A stretch of DNA of 64,000 bases from the IMG/VR virus record IMGVR_UViG_3300047472_000449; one strand, written 5' to 3'. Origin of the DNA: a virus. The notes under the pieces were generated by a model, which had not been told where the DNA came from, made no database searches, and saw only the letters and a program-made list of their open reading frames with translations. The position numbers and the translations under genes are program-made. Shown here piece after piece: positions 27,546 to 37,895 of the stretch (positions are counted from its first letter, which is position 1; each line of letters begins with the position of its first letter).

Positions 27546-27617
27546 GGCAATAAAAATCCCCTAAGCGACTTCTCCGACAGCGCGGATCAGCCGATAGGGG
27601 CCATGCTTATGCGATGG

Positions 27618-28385
27618 TTACTCCGGAAAAACAGCCTTTCGAATCAGCATGTCGATGAAGATGTAGCGCGACTGAAGTCCGCGAAGGTGTCGAGGCAGGT
27701 CGTCGATTATGCCCTCAGCCAATGCTTTTGCTGCCTTTTCCGCGCTGTCGTTGCGCTGTTCAGCCAGCAGCTGCGGCGCCATTTCCTTCAATGCTTCGAA
27801 GCGTGGATCGGCGAACACGATAGTCCACATTTGCGCCCGTTTTTCGCGGGAATACGGCGAAATCAGCCAATGGGCCAATGCATTTGGGTTGATCGAACTT
27901 ACTCGCTTCGATACATCCAGCAAGTCCCCATCGGCAGAAGCCAGTAGCTTGTAGACCAGAGCCAATGCCCCGGCAATAGGCGTCACATCACTCTCGACAT
28001 ACGTCGGGTCATCGCGATACAACGAGCGTATGTAGGCACCATGGGTCTGCCAAAGGGCCGAGTTTTGCACATAGGCCTCTTTGGCGTCCTGATCATCCAG
28101 GGCAGCCCTGATCTGCTCATCAGTCTTTCGGTAATCGTTGATCAGCGTTGGCGTCCAATCCACATTTTTCTTGCTGCGCTCGTGAAGCACGGCATTGGGC
28201 GGATTGAGCGACAGGCGAATTTCGGCGTGGCAGAGCGTGTCGCGAAAGCGATGAACGCCCGGCTTGATTTCCTGCATGTAATGCATGTTTTCAGAAACGC
28301 GCCCAGGCTGAAAGCCGTGCTGTGTCTGGCATGCCGATTGTAGCGCCTCAAACAGCGAGTTGACGTGATCTGTGTCCATACTCAT
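27618..28385 (-). CDS. hypothetical protein
   Basis: 255 aa ORF. Confidence 0.75.
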   Translation of the reverse strand: MSMDTDHVNSLFEALQSACQTQHGFQPGRVSENMHYMQEIKPGVHRFRDTLCHAEIRLSLNPPNAVLHERSKKNVDWTPTLINDYRKTDEQIRAALDDQDAKEAYVQNSALWQTHGAYIRSLYRDDPTYVESDVTPIAGALALVYKLLASADGDLLDVSKRVSSINPNALAHWLISPYSREKRAQMWTIVFADPRFEALKEMAPQLLAEQRNDSAEKAAKALAEGIIDDLPRHLRGLQSRYIFIDMLIRKAVFPE

Positions 28386-28415
28386 GCCCTGCCCTTGTAA
28401 TTGATGAGAAGCAGA

Positions 28416-28670
28416 TTACTTGACCCTGAACTGTTCAGTCCAGGTTTGCACACTGCCGCCACAGTCCATCACCTCTTTGACCCGACTGCCGCAGATGGCA
28501 ATGCCGAATTCGCGAATCCAGTTGATTCCCAGCTGGGCCATGTCCATCTGGCGAGTCAGTTCCGCTTTTGGTGGCGTTTTCTTCGCCGCCAGATCACTTA
28601 CCGTGGCCAGGGTGCAGTCCGTCAGGTAGTAGAGCGCGTCTTGCGCGGTGCGAACGTTGTGTCTGTGCAT
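28416..28670 (-). CDS. hypothetical protein
   Basis: probable start MHRHNVRTAQDALYYLTDCTLATV; promoter TTGACA-17-CATAAT upstream. Confidence 0.7.
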   Translation of the reverse strand: MHRHNVRTAQDALYYLTDCTLATVSDLAAKKTPPKAELTRQMDMAQLGINWIREFGIAICGSRVKEVMDCGGSVQTWTEQFRVK

Positions 28671-28862
28671 GAAGATTCCAGGGCAAATGGCCCGAAGAGC
28701 AGTTGTTATGATGGGATTATTATGGCCATGCGATGCAAATTTGTCAATGATGCAAACCAGCAAAGAACTCCGTTCATCGGCAATCAGAATGTTTTTGGTA
28801 TTGACAATTGAGCAGGAGTTGGTCATACTGAGCGCCTACTTCAGAACATCGAGATTCAGACC

Positions 28863-29075
28863 ATGGCTAATCAAGCGCCTCTGTACGTTGAGCAAATCAA
28901 TACCTCGCTGCTCTCGGTCGGCACGCTGTTCAAAGACCTTGAAAAAGCGTCCAGCGCCCTGAGTGCTGCCGATGTTGATGAGGCGAAAGCCCTGTTGAAT
29001 CACGTGCGCAACCTCAAGTGTGAGCTGGCCAGCCTTGAAAGCCTGCTCTCCAGTCGAATTCACGAGGAAGAGTAA
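28863..29075 (+). CDS. small helical protein
   Basis: promoter TTGACA(28801-28806)-17-CATACT. Confidence 0.65.
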   Translation: MANQAPLYVEQINTSLLSVGTLFKDLEKASSALSAADVDEAKALLNHVRNLKCELASLESLLSSRIHEEE

Positions 29076-29237
29076 CCACCGCTGGCCACCTTCCATTGAA
29101 AATGGGTTACGGCCACAAGCGACACTGATGCAACAGTTACCAGCAATGACCCGGCGCAGTCCGGGTTTTGTTGTATTCAAAACAAAAAGACAAGTTCCAT
29201 CCTTTCGGTATATAATTTGCCGAAAAGGAGCCACTTG

Positions 29238-29993
29238 ATGTCACAAACTATTGATCATGATGCCTTATTGGATTACTTGCCTTCCGAGGTTTCCAAGCAA
29301 GACCCTTATTTCTATAATCCGTTTGACTTGCCACTGCCTGACTCTGGTTTATACAAGGCAGAAGAGAAAGTCGCCTCTATTATCGAGAAAATCCAGCCAA
29401 TTACCGAGCCGGTTGAAATTACTCGGTTCGATGACAAGCATCTGGTCGTCAAGATTGGGCTGCACACGGCGGTGCTCAATAAAAGCGATTTTCATCAAGG
29501 GGTGGCTTGCGAATTGGGTACAAGCACCTTGGGAGACTACACGGTAGTAACGGTCAGCGGAAACTTCGTCAAACGGTCTGACTATCAGGCAAATAGCAAT
29601 CTGGTCTTGGCATTCTCCCAGGCCGAGCACGCTGAGCAATTTAAAAACGACTTGTTGCTCGCGTACCTTGGCGGTGAAAGCCTGGAGGGGCTTACTAATC
29701 CGTCCTCGGTCGAAACTTACAGGAATAGGCCGTCTCGACCTCTTGTGGATTGGCATTACGCGAGTTTGGTTATAGGAAGTGTTATCACAGGAATTGTTAT
29801 TTCATCAGTCCTTATTGCGCTGGCAGGAACAACTAAGCCTGTGTCTGCTGAATATGATGGCCCGACCATCGAAACGATAACAAAACTGCGAGAAATGACC
29901 GATGGGCCAAGGCTTCAATTGCAGGACCGTCCAGCCCAGGATGCTGGGTTGTTCGAGCCGCCAGCCGAAGAGCCGGAACCGGAGTTGAGATAA
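29238..29993 (+). CDS. membrane-anchored protein, paralog of 32538-33575
   Basis: FYNPFDLP...IEKIQPITEPVEIT; C-terminal TM segment. Confidence 0.75.
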   Translation: MSQTIDHDALLDYLPSEVSKQDPYFYNPFDLPLPDSGLYKAEEKVASIIEKIQPITEPVEITRFDDKHLVVKIGLHTAVLNKSDFHQGVACELGTSTLGDYTVVTVSGNFVKRSDYQANSNLVLAFSQAEHAEQFKNDLLLAYLGGESLEGLTNPSSVETYRNRPSRPLVDWHYASLVIGSVITGIVISSVLIALAGTTKPVSAEYDGPTIETITKLREMTDGPRLQLQDRPAQDAGLFEPPAEEPEPELR

Positions 29994-30027
29994 ACAAAAA
30001 TCCCCTTGTGAAGGGGATTTTTTGTGA

Positions 30028-30741
30028 TCAGGGTGTCAACAAATCAGAAAGGTTGAAGGCTTTGCGCTCTTTGAGACGCGGTGCTTCAGGCTTACCCACA
30101 CCGCTGAACTCTGCGATTTCACTGTACAGGCCTGAATTGTTGACATACGTCTTTTCATCGACCCGTACAACATCCCCGGTAACTACTCCTTTGTGTTCGC
30201 TGACCGCTTGCAGTGTTTTTTGAAGATCAAATGTATTGGGCGCTTCGATGCTGGCTCCTTTTTGGTAGTAGCCTTGGCTGTCCAGCGTTTTAACGGCGTC
30301 CGCATTACCGGCTTTAGCTTTCCACACAAGATCTTGATCAGGCGCCATTTCGTCGAGCTTATAAATGTCTACTGTCTTGCTGTACAAGGTGGGCAACGCA
30401 AACTCGAACTCATTCTTAATCGAGATTCCATGATTGATGCAGTGTTCGCGAACGGCGGTTACCTGCTCCATCAGGGACAGCACTGGTGCGCTGGCTTCCT
30501 GACGAATGTATGGCATGTTCAAGTTCCCGGAGATCAAGCGCCGAGCGATAGAAACTTCGGCAGGCTCATCCTTGTTATTGATCGATCCAATGTACTGAGG
30601 CTGATCGGAATCCAGTGTTGATGAAAGGATAAATCGTATAGAAGGTCTGTTATGACCATCTTGGCCAATCAGCTCTGTTCTGGCCAATCCAGACTCAATT
30701 GCGCCTTTGACTAATTCAAGTATTTGTTTTGTGGGGCTCAT
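30028..30741 (-). CDS. hypothetical protein, paralog of 44269-45087
   Basis: EPAEVSIARRLISGNLN. Confidence 0.8.
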   Translation of the reverse strand: MSPTKQILELVKGAIESGLARTELIGQDGHNRPSIRFILSSTLDSDQPQYIGSINNKDEPAEVSIARRLISGNLNMPYIRQEASAPVLSLMEQVTAVREHCINHGISIKNEFEFALPTLYSKTVDIYKLDEMAPDQDLVWKAKAGNADAVKTLDSQGYYQKGASIEAPNTFDLQKTLQAVSEHKGVVTGDVVRVDEKTYVNNSGLYSEIAEFSGVGKPEAPRLKERKAFNLSDLLTP

Positions 30742-30882
30742 CTTTTACTCCCTGTGTTTTATCTATTATAGCATTTTTGGAAGTCACTAAATTAATGGTA
30801 GACCCTTCTCATTGAGAAAACACCATTGACAAAATCTGTTATTCTGAGTATAATACATACCATCAGATAATGGAGTATTCCA

Positions 30883-31191
30883 ATGCCCTTCCCTCCGGTT
30901 GCACAAGCGCTATTTGATCAAATGGGTGGTCGTCGTTTGACTGCCAAGGCCGGTGCTCTGTTCTGCGCTATCAGAGGTGGCATGGGTCTGATGATCGAAT
31001 TGCCGCCCGAAACCAGCAACGGTGTGAAGGGCGTTGAGATTGTCCTGGATAAACGGACTGATGCCTATGATGTGGTTTTCAGGAAGTACCTCGCCGATGG
31101 TGCGCAAGATCCCATTTGCGAGACCGACATCCACGTCGATAACCTCCAGGCACTTTTCACTCGCCACACAGGGCTTGCTATCCCGCTCTGA
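30883..31191 (+). CDS. phage/plasmid-type hypothetical protein
   Basis: AQALFDQMGGRRL...TDAYDVVF; perfect promoter TTGACA(30826-30831)-17-TATAAT. Confidence 0.75.
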   Translation: MPFPPVAQALFDQMGGRRLTAKAGALFCAIRGGMGLMIELPPETSNGVKGVEIVLDKRTDAYDVVFRKYLADGAQDPICETDIHVDNLQALFTRHTGLAIPL

Positions 31192-31256
31192 GCGCTCCCT
31201 TTGGTGCAAAGACTGAAGACAGGGCGAGGTTGGCCCTTCGCCCTGTCTTCAGGCCA

Positions 31257-31544
31257 TCAAGCCGGTGTTGGCTCAGGCGTGGTGACCGGTTGCTCAATCG
31301 GCGGATAGGCTGCAAGCCGCTCATTTATAGCCGCCCCGCTCTTTCCACCTAAGTGCTCCTTAATCATTTCCTGATAGTTTTGAACACCCACTTCTTCGGC
31401 AATGTGCTCTGCCTCAGCGCTCGGTGTCCCAGCGGCTTTCAGCATCCGTTGCAGGGCGAATGCCCCTCGGATACCGACTGATCCAACGTGCTGAATGCCG
31501 TTGATCATCCCTTGTGCATCGTCTTTATCGCTCATGTTCATCAC
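31257..31544 (-). CDS. hypothetical protein
   Basis: 95 aa ORF. Confidence 0.55.
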   Translation of the reverse strand: MMNMSDKDDAQGMINGIQHVGSVGIRGAFALQRMLKAAGTPSAEAEHIAEEVGVQNYQEMIKEHLGGKSGAAINERLAAYPPIEQPVTTPEPTPA

Positions 31545-31695
31545 CAGCTGTTGACGTGTGAGGGTGGCTCAACCCAAGACTCTGACCGCAGCCGTGGGCG
31601 CCACCTACGGTTCTATCAGAACCGTTTGTCGCCAGCAACCCACCCCGCCAGACTGTCGTCTGAATTGGCCAGCAGGTGCTTGGGCTTCCTCCTGC

Positions 31696-31926
31696 CTATG
31701 CCGCGAGTTCATTCGCTCGTTGATTCAGGGCGGCTTTTGCTTCCAGCACCCATTGTTCGGACTCAACCATATCCAGTCGCTTGTCCAGGCTGGCCAACTC
31801 AATGATCCCGGCGATGCGTGAAAACTTCAGCGTCGCCATTACCTGTGATTGTGCCTTCTGGATCTCTTGGATGTGGCGCTCGATCAGTGCGTAGATCTGA
31901 TCTTTGTTTAATGGGTGCTCACTCAT
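31696..31926 (-). CDS. small coiled-coil protein
   Basis: 76 aa ORF with GGAG SD. Confidence 0.65.
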   Translation of the reverse strand: MSEHPLNKDQIYALIERHIQEIQKAQSQVMATLKFSRIAGIIELASLDKRLDMVESEQWVLEAKAALNQRANELAA

Positions 31927-31998
31927 GCCGCTTGCTCCAGGAATTAATGATGATCGGCTAGCGCCGCCCTATGACCTTTTTATCGAGTCATCCCATAA

Positions 31999-32400
31999 TT
32001 AGGCATGGCTGACTTTTGCATCAATAACGAGCTTGGCGTCTTCTTCTACCTCGTTTTCGATCAGGACATAGTTGTCCGTAACGAGATAGTCTCGGTCGGC
32101 TAGGCAGTTAAAGGGATCAATCAGGTAGGCTCCATGGCCGATCCAGCCAAAGGATTGTTTGCCATCCGTGGTATTGAACCACATGATTTTCCCGAGGCTG
32201 CCAGTACCCTTTTTGATCGCTTTGAGCAGCACGAGCGCCTCAGCTGACACACCAAGGTGCTCTTTGGTGTTGTGGATCACCTGCCCAATAGTGTTCGGAG
32301 TGTCCAGGGAGGTGGTCACTTCCCCCTCAATCGAGTGGTCGGCAAGGAGTTTTATCGCGAGAATGCCTTTGTATGCGGTAACGGTGGCATGAAGAGTCAT
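31999..32400 (-). CDS. hypothetical protein
   Basis: 133 aa ORF. Confidence 0.7.
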   Translation of the reverse strand: MTLHATVTAYKGILAIKLLADHSIEGEVTTSLDTPNTIGQVIHNTKEHLGVSAEALVLLKAIKKGTGSLGKIMWFNTTDGKQSFGWIGHGAYLIDPFNCLADRDYLVTDNYVLIENEVEEDAKLVIDAKVSHA

Positions 32401-32537
32401 TTATTTAACCTTGGCAATCTGACTGATTTAACCTTCAAATAATATCCTTTTTCCATCATTGTGTCAACCACAGTGTCAAATAAGTGCTGGATTAACGGGG
32501 GCTTACCACTTTATAATTTCAAGAAAAAAGGTGAGCC

Positions 32538-33575
32538 ATGAGCGAAAAAAACACCCCTGAGCAGCCGCAACCACTTGAGGCTTTTGATAAGTTTGAATCA
32601 GCGCACGCATCAACAGCAGTTGGTGCTTTAAGTGTGTTGAATGTGATTCACCCTACTGTCCCTGGTGATGATGACTCAGATAGTAGTGATCAACTTGATG
32701 ATGACGATTGGGACTACAGTAGTACAGATGAAGCCCCGGCGCCTCCAAGTGCTTTTGTGGACTCGTATGCTCGATACGAAGATGAAAGCTCGGCCAGTGC
32801 AGAACGGGCCTTAAAATCGCCGCACCCACACCTGCTGCAACTCGATCAGGATCTTATCGATCTGCTTGAAGAGGACTTGCCTACCTTTGCGCATGGTCAA
32901 AGTAGAGCGTTTGGTTTCAACACGTATTCAGCCCAACAAGAAAAACCGTCAGCTGAGTCGCCAGAAGTTGTGGAGAAACAGGATCTCAATTTCTACAACC
33001 CCTTCCGGCTGCCGGAGCCCGAGCGCCGCTATTTAAACGAGGACGACAATATTCGTTCGATTGTGTCCAGGGTTCAACCATTGACCGAGCCGGTTAAAGT
33101 AACGGCGATGTGTTCCAGTCATGTGTCCATCGCTATTGGCGACTACACGACTGTGCTTAAAAAGGAGAACTATGGCAGCGGACAAATGCTGACCATTGGA
33201 ATCAAAGAGCTGGAGGAATTCGTCATGGTGAAGATCAGCGGAAGCCTGATGGGTGGGCGCACCGTGGATCACGGCATTACCAACTCGGAATCTTCAGTGC
33301 TGTGTTTTGCCACCAAAGAGCTGGCCAAGCAGTTCAAGCGCGATTTGATCTGTGCGTATTCCGGCGTAGTGTCCCAGGCAGAAGACGATCCTGATTTTTG
33401 GCTGGGCTTGAGTGACGAAGAGTATGTGTCGGCGGTTCAGAATACGCGCACCCCAACCAACCGCCTGAAGATTGCTCGCAACATTGGGTTGGCGGTGGTG
33501 CTAGTGCCGGTAGGAATCTTTGTCGCTTCGTTTGCCGTGATTTATGGCGCGACGCTGGCCAAGTCCATGTTCTGA
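32538..33575 (+). CDS. membrane-anchored protein with acidic N-terminal extension, paralog of 29238-29993
   Basis: FYNPFRLP...VSRVQPLTEPVKVT; C-terminal TM segment. Confidence 0.8.
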   Translation: MSEKNTPEQPQPLEAFDKFESAHASTAVGALSVLNVIHPTVPGDDDSDSSDQLDDDDWDYSSTDEAPAPPSAFVDSYARYEDESSASAERALKSPHPHLLQLDQDLIDLLEEDLPTFAHGQSRAFGFNTYSAQQEKPSAESPEVVEKQDLNFYNPFRLPEPERRYLNEDDNIRSIVSRVQPLTEPVKVTAMCSSHVSIAIGDYTTVLKKENYGSGQMLTIGIKELEEFVMVKISGSLMGGRTVDHGITNSESSVLCFATKELAKQFKRDLICAYSGVVSQAEDDPDFWLGLSDEEYVSAVQNTRTPTNRLKIARNIGLAVVLVPVGIFVASFAVIYGATLAKSMF

Positions 33576-33613
33576 AGACGCCTCGGTCTGAGGCGTCTTT
33601 GGGGCGCCCTGAG

Positions 33614-34255
33614 CTATGCAAGGAGGGCGTAACCACGCTTTGTAATGGTGGTGGCGATCCGAGCGAGAAAAATTACGTTCGTACTCGCGCTATCACCGTT
33701 GCAGGGCCATTCCATTTCAGCCATGGTTTGGCTGATGGCATCCAGCAGTTGCTCGCGAATCGCAGTATCCAGTGATCCGGAGACAGCTGATTCGATTTCC
33801 CGGACGGTCAGGAAGTTTTGTTGACCGATCATAAGCTCTCGGCATTCGCGCCAAAGTGTTACGGCCTGTTCGTCAGTCAGATTCAGGGCGAGCAGTTTGG
33901 CACAGAGCTTTTTCACGCACAGGCTGGCGTACTCTTCAGGTTTATCCATGAGGAAATACAGCTGATGCTCGAACATCGACAGCCAATTGATGCCTTCGTG
34001 CCAGTTCCATTTGCCGGAGAAGGGGTTGAGCCGGTCGCCCAGGTTGGCGCCTTTGGCTTTTTCAACGTCTTCAAAGCGGCAGGCGATCCAGCCATCTTTG
34101 ATGCCAATGGAAAGGATGCCGATATTGGTATTCAGCTGATATTCGTCTGGGTGGTTGGGAACCTCGGTTGCGCCCATTCCTAGAGCGATTCTTTCAACGT
34201 CGTATTTGAATTCCTGAATCTGTTTTTTGGTCATTTTGGCCATGGTTGGCGGCAT
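33614..34255 (-). CDS. phage-type hypothetical protein
   Basis: RLNPFSGKWNWH; LTDEQAVTLWRECR. Confidence 0.75.
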   Translation of the reverse strand: MPPTMAKMTKKQIQEFKYDVERIALGMGATEVPNHPDEYQLNTNIGILSIGIKDGWIACRFEDVEKAKGANLGDRLNPFSGKWNWHEGINWLSMFEHQLYFLMDKPEEYASLCVKKLCAKLLALNLTDEQAVTLWRECRELMIGQQNFLTVREIESAVSGSLDTAIREQLLDAISQTMAEMEWPCNGDSASTNVIFLARIATTITKRGYALLA

Positions 34256-34305
34256 CCTGTTTTGTAAAAGTATTTTGATCGATGATGGTGTTTGAAGGAA
34301 GCAAC

Positions 34306-34497
34306 TCAGCTGGCGTAGGCTGTTTTTCCATTTACTAGCCGAACACCCCCGCCTCCGCAGAGAATTTCGGCGGCATGATCGTAGCCCAGACGCGTCTCTA
34401 CTCCGTCTATCAGCGTGATCGGCTCTACCTCGGAGTGGCGTTCTTGCAGCAAAACCTTGCCGATCCTCCGCCCGCGTTGACGTTTATTGGTGTTCAC
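34306..34497 (-). CDS. small hypothetical protein
   Basis: GTG start after AAGGA. Confidence 0.45.
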   Translation of the reverse strand: MNTNKRQRGRRIGKVLLQERHSEVEPITLIDGVETRLGYDHAAEILCGGGGVRLVNGKTAYAS

Positions 34498-34510
34498 ATC
34501 AGATCCTTTT

Positions 34511-34765
34511 TTAACGATGAGGGCGAACGAGATGGAGGGCAATCCTCGACAGGTTGGCCTGTGGGCTGTTAGGCCCTTTGCGCCAGCTGTACCAATTTCG
34601 ATCACACACGCCCACTAGCTGGTTGTCTTCATCCCAATGCAAGTCCATATCCCCGGCCAGCCATGATCGATGACACTGAGATCGGGCTATCAGTTTGCGC
34701 ATACTGCGTGGCAGCATAACGCCCTTGTAGCCCAGAAGGTAAAAACGGAAAGCCAAACTGATCAT
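34511..34765 (-). CDS. small hypothetical protein
   Basis: MISLAFRFYLLGYKG; follows the upstream stop. Confidence 0.55.
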   Translation of the reverse strand: MISLAFRFYLLGYKGVMLPRSMRKLIARSQCHRSWLAGDMDLHWDEDNQLVGVCDRNWYSWRKGPNSPQANLSRIALHLVRPHR

Positions 34766-34769
34766 CACG

Positions 34770-34991
34770 TCAGTCCTTTTGACGAAGTTTGACATGCATT
34801 CTTGTGATGGCCGCACCGATGGCCATCCAGCTGATCGCGACACAGGCGTTGCGTGTAACGCTGTCAGGCTCGCTGTTGACCAGGGAAATGATCAACGCTG
34901 CCAATAGGAGCAAAAACAGATCCCCGCGACAGGTCAGCATGAATCGATCTGCCAGTGAGTAGAGCTTGGTCGTGGCGGTGATTTTTGTCAT
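34770..34991 (-). CDS. small membrane protein
   Basis: two TM-like segments; perfect promoter TTGACA(35080-35085)-17-TATAAT upstream. Confidence 0.65.
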   Translation of the reverse strand: MTKITATTKLYSLADRFMLTCRGDLFLLLLAALIISLVNSEPDSVTRNACVAISWMAIGAAITRMHVKLRQKD

Positions 34992-35316
34992 GGCGCAGTC
35001 CTTAGGGGTGCTTGGCGATGCCGCGCACTGGCGTCAGCATCACTCATCATCATTCAATTATAGTAAGATCCGCAGCATTTGTCAATATGAAAAACATTAG
35101 TCATCAGATTTAGTCGGCATCACTGATCATTAATTATTATTGATTAATTGTGAAATGGTCCGAGGTTTCAAATTTAAATTTGAATTATACCGAGACCCTT
35201 GCTTTATTTTGTTATTAATCATTTATAATCAATTTAACCATGGCCCGTTCACTCATAAGTCTCAGTGCTCGCTATGACGTGTAGATAATAAACAATAAAT
35301 ATTTGAGTGCAATGAA

Positions 35317-36747
35317 ATGACCAAATTAAGATCCGTACTTGCCTTAACGGTTCTGGTGTCAGCCGGAGCTGCTAACGCAGGAGATTTTCGTTACAACTAC
35401 ACCCTTGTCAGTTCCGAGGTGCCTCCTAACTGGACGCAGGCTGACCCTGCTTATGGCAATTGGGTTGATGTCGGCAATATCTACGGCTGTTCGAACTGGT
35501 CGCCCTATACCTCTACTGTTGGTAAGGGCCTGACATTTGAACAGATCGCGACAAATTGCAGCCAAAACCAGACACGCACTGTCCAGCCGCAAATCAAAAA
35601 CAATGTAACCGGCGAGATTAAAGCCGAGGGCGCGATGGGCTCCGAAGATCGAGCCATTATTGTGTCCGATCATCGTGATGCCATTGGCACCCTTGAGAAC
35701 TGGCTGGGGTTTGATCCGACTTTCACCAGTTGGGTGGACACTAATGCGCTATACGGCTGTTCGGCATGGTCTCCAGATCCGGCGATTTACAACCAAAACA
35801 AAGACTTCGTACAGACATCATTGACCTGTAAAACAGATCAGGAGCGTTTTCGTCAGGAGCGCGAGCAGGAGAAATTCACCCAAGAGATTCGCAATGACGG
35901 ATTGCCAATCAAGGAGAATCAAACCCTTTCTGGACAATCAGCAGACAGGGCCTACTCCATCACTTTCGGGGCTTGGGCTGACTCAGGTGCGCTTTATGGT
36001 TGCAGCAACTGGTCGCCTGACCCAGCCACACAGAATCTTGGGCTGACGTTCACTCAAACGGCCACTGATTGCAGTGTTAATCAGCGTCGCGACCGTTTTG
36101 AGGCTTATATCGACCACAAAACAAAAGCGACAGTGAACTTGGTCAGCACAACTGCTACTCAAGTGGTGACGCGTTCATCCACGCGAAGTGCCACTGGCAC
36201 CAAAGAGACTTGGGCGGCAACCACCTCTGTTTATTCAGCCTGGGCCAATTCCTCGGGACTATACAGTTGCGGTGCATATTCGCCTGACCCAAGCGCATAC
36301 ACGGCTGCCACTCAGTTTAACCAGACTGCTTATTGCTACGTGAATCAAAGTCGTACGCGTCAAGATCGTCAAGTTGAAGTCAACAGCGGCGCCATTAGAA
36401 ACGTAGGTGGCCCCGTTGCTGAAGGACAAACCATTGGTGGTCAGCCATCTGTACGTACGTATCTTCAGGATTACTCGGCTTGGGGATGGGGTGCTTTTTA
36501 TAGTTGTGGTGCATGGTCACCAGATCCATCGACCGTCAGTAATGGTTCAGCTTTCACCCAGACTCAGTATTGCTATAGAAATCTGACTCGTGGTGCGGCT
36601 GGCTATATTTACAATGGCGGCTGGGTCGCTGATCCGGCCAATCCTTATCGTGTTGAAACTCAGGTTTATAGTGGTCAACCTAACTATCAAACTGCTTATG
36701 GTACTAAAAATCCATGTGGCACTCGTTGCCAAGGCGGTGGCGGCTAA
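35317..36747 (+). CDS. secreted Trp/Cys-repeat protein (five thrombospondin-1-like repeats), adhesin-like
   Basis: signal peptide; five W-x(5-7)-Y-[GS]-C-x2-[WY]SP...F-x-Q...C...Q-x-R repeats. Confidence 0.8.
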   Translation: MTKLRSVLALTVLVSAGAANAGDFRYNYTLVSSEVPPNWTQADPAYGNWVDVGNIYGCSNWSPYTSTVGKGLTFEQIATNCSQNQTRTVQPQIKNNVTGEIKAEGAMGSEDRAIIVSDHRDAIGTLENWLGFDPTFTSWVDTNALYGCSAWSPDPAIYNQNKDFVQTSLTCKTDQERFRQEREQEKFTQEIRNDGLPIKENQTLSGQSADRAYSITFGAWADSGALYGCSNWSPDPATQNLGLTFTQTATDCSVNQRRDRFEAYIDHKTKATVNLVSTTATQVVTRSSTRSATGTKETWAATTSVYSAWANSSGLYSCGAYSPDPSAYTAATQFNQTAYCYVNQSRTRQDRQVEVNSGAIRNVGGPVAEGQTIGGQPSVRTYLQDYSAWGWGAFYSCGAWSPDPSTVSNGSAFTQTQYCYRNLTRGAAGYIYNGGWVADPANPYRVETQVYSGQPNYQTAYGTKNPCGTRCQGGGG

Positions 36748-36770
36748 TCGCTATTGAGTTAAATTTCAGC

Positions 36771-36796
36771 AAATGCCACCTTTCGGGTGGCATTTT
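36771..36796 (+). terminator. intrinsic terminator
   Basis: AAATGCCACC-TTTCG-GGTGGCATTTT; near copy at 37928-37948. Confidence 0.8.
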
Positions 36797-36965
36797 ATTT
36801 TGCGCTTGATTAAACGATTAACCTATTAATTATATGGCTTTACCATTCGTTACATGAAATATATTTATATTATGGTTTATACTCAATTAAAAGAAGTCGT
36901 GTGTTTCGAGAGAAACTGTCTTGGCATTGCTCACGATTAACAAACTAGGTGTGGGAGAAGTGTGA

Positions 36966-37895
36966 ATGAAAAGATTGTGCTCTATTATTGCTTTGAGCGT
37001 GCTGACCGCTTCTGGTGCCTTGCACGCCGGTACGTTTGAATACAACTACGGTCTACGAGGCTCAAAGACTTCTGTCTCTCCGCCTCCAGCGCAGTCAGAA
37101 TGGGTCGCAGCGACGCCGTTGTATGGTGATTGGGCAAACTCCAACAGTCTATATGGATGCTCTAACTGGTCGCCAAGTGCTGCCAGTAAAGAAGACGCCA
37201 CTCTGTGGTTGTCGCAGTCAGCCACTGATTGTACCGCTGATCAAACCCGCACACGTCAGGATCGAGAGGAAAACAAGTCCACTGGAGAGATCCGTAATAA
37301 GGGTGAGCCAACAACAGAAACTCAGCAAATAACCGGACAATCATCCTTGCGTACCTATGTCATACAGGTGGCATGGGCAGATGTTGGCCCTCAATACGAT
37401 TGCACATGGTCGCCACTGGCTTCTGACTATCCGGTTGGCGAGCAATTTAGCCAAACGGGAACCGGCTGCAAGCTTAATCAAACTGCGTCCCGTCAAGAGT
37501 TTTATCAAGATCCTGTGACCACTGAATGGGTAACTGTATCCTCTACTCAGGTAAATAGAACGTTAACTGGCCAACGCTCATATAGAGCAATTACGGGAAC
37601 TAACGAATTTTTCGTTAGCTCGTTATCGCCAAGCCCCTCCGTTATATCTGGCGGCGCTACAAGCACTGTGACGGCGGTCGTTATGGGTACAAATGGCAAG
37701 CTGGCTCAAGAAAACTCGCAAAGTGTTTACTTCACAACCAGTCAGGGCTGGCTATCTGAAGACAATGTTGCTGTTGGTGCTAATGGACAAGCCAGTACTG
37801 TTTTAAACTGCTCGGGATGCTCGGGTGATATCACTGTAACGGCAGTGTCGCAGAACGGCGTAGAGGCATCTACAACCATAAGGGCCGTTCCATAA
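36966..37895 (+). CDS. secreted protein: two Trp/Cys repeats + C-terminal Ig-like domain
   Basis: signal peptide; YGCSNWSP; C-terminal STVTAVVMGTNG...V.FTTSQG.LS...NGQASTVL (invasin/Big-1-like). Confidence 0.8.
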   Translation: MKRLCSIIALSVLTASGALHAGTFEYNYGLRGSKTSVSPPPAQSEWVAATPLYGDWANSNSLYGCSNWSPSAASKEDATLWLSQSATDCTADQTRTRQDREENKSTGEIRNKGEPTTETQQITGQSSLRTYVIQVAWADVGPQYDCTWSPLASDYPVGEQFSQTGTGCKLNQTASRQEFYQDPVTTEWVTVSSTQVNRTLTGQRSYRAITGTNEFFVSSLSPSPSVISGGATSTVTAVVMGTNGKLAQENSQSVYFTTSQGWLSEDNVAVGANGQASTVLNCSGCSGDITVTAVSQNGVEASTTIRAVP

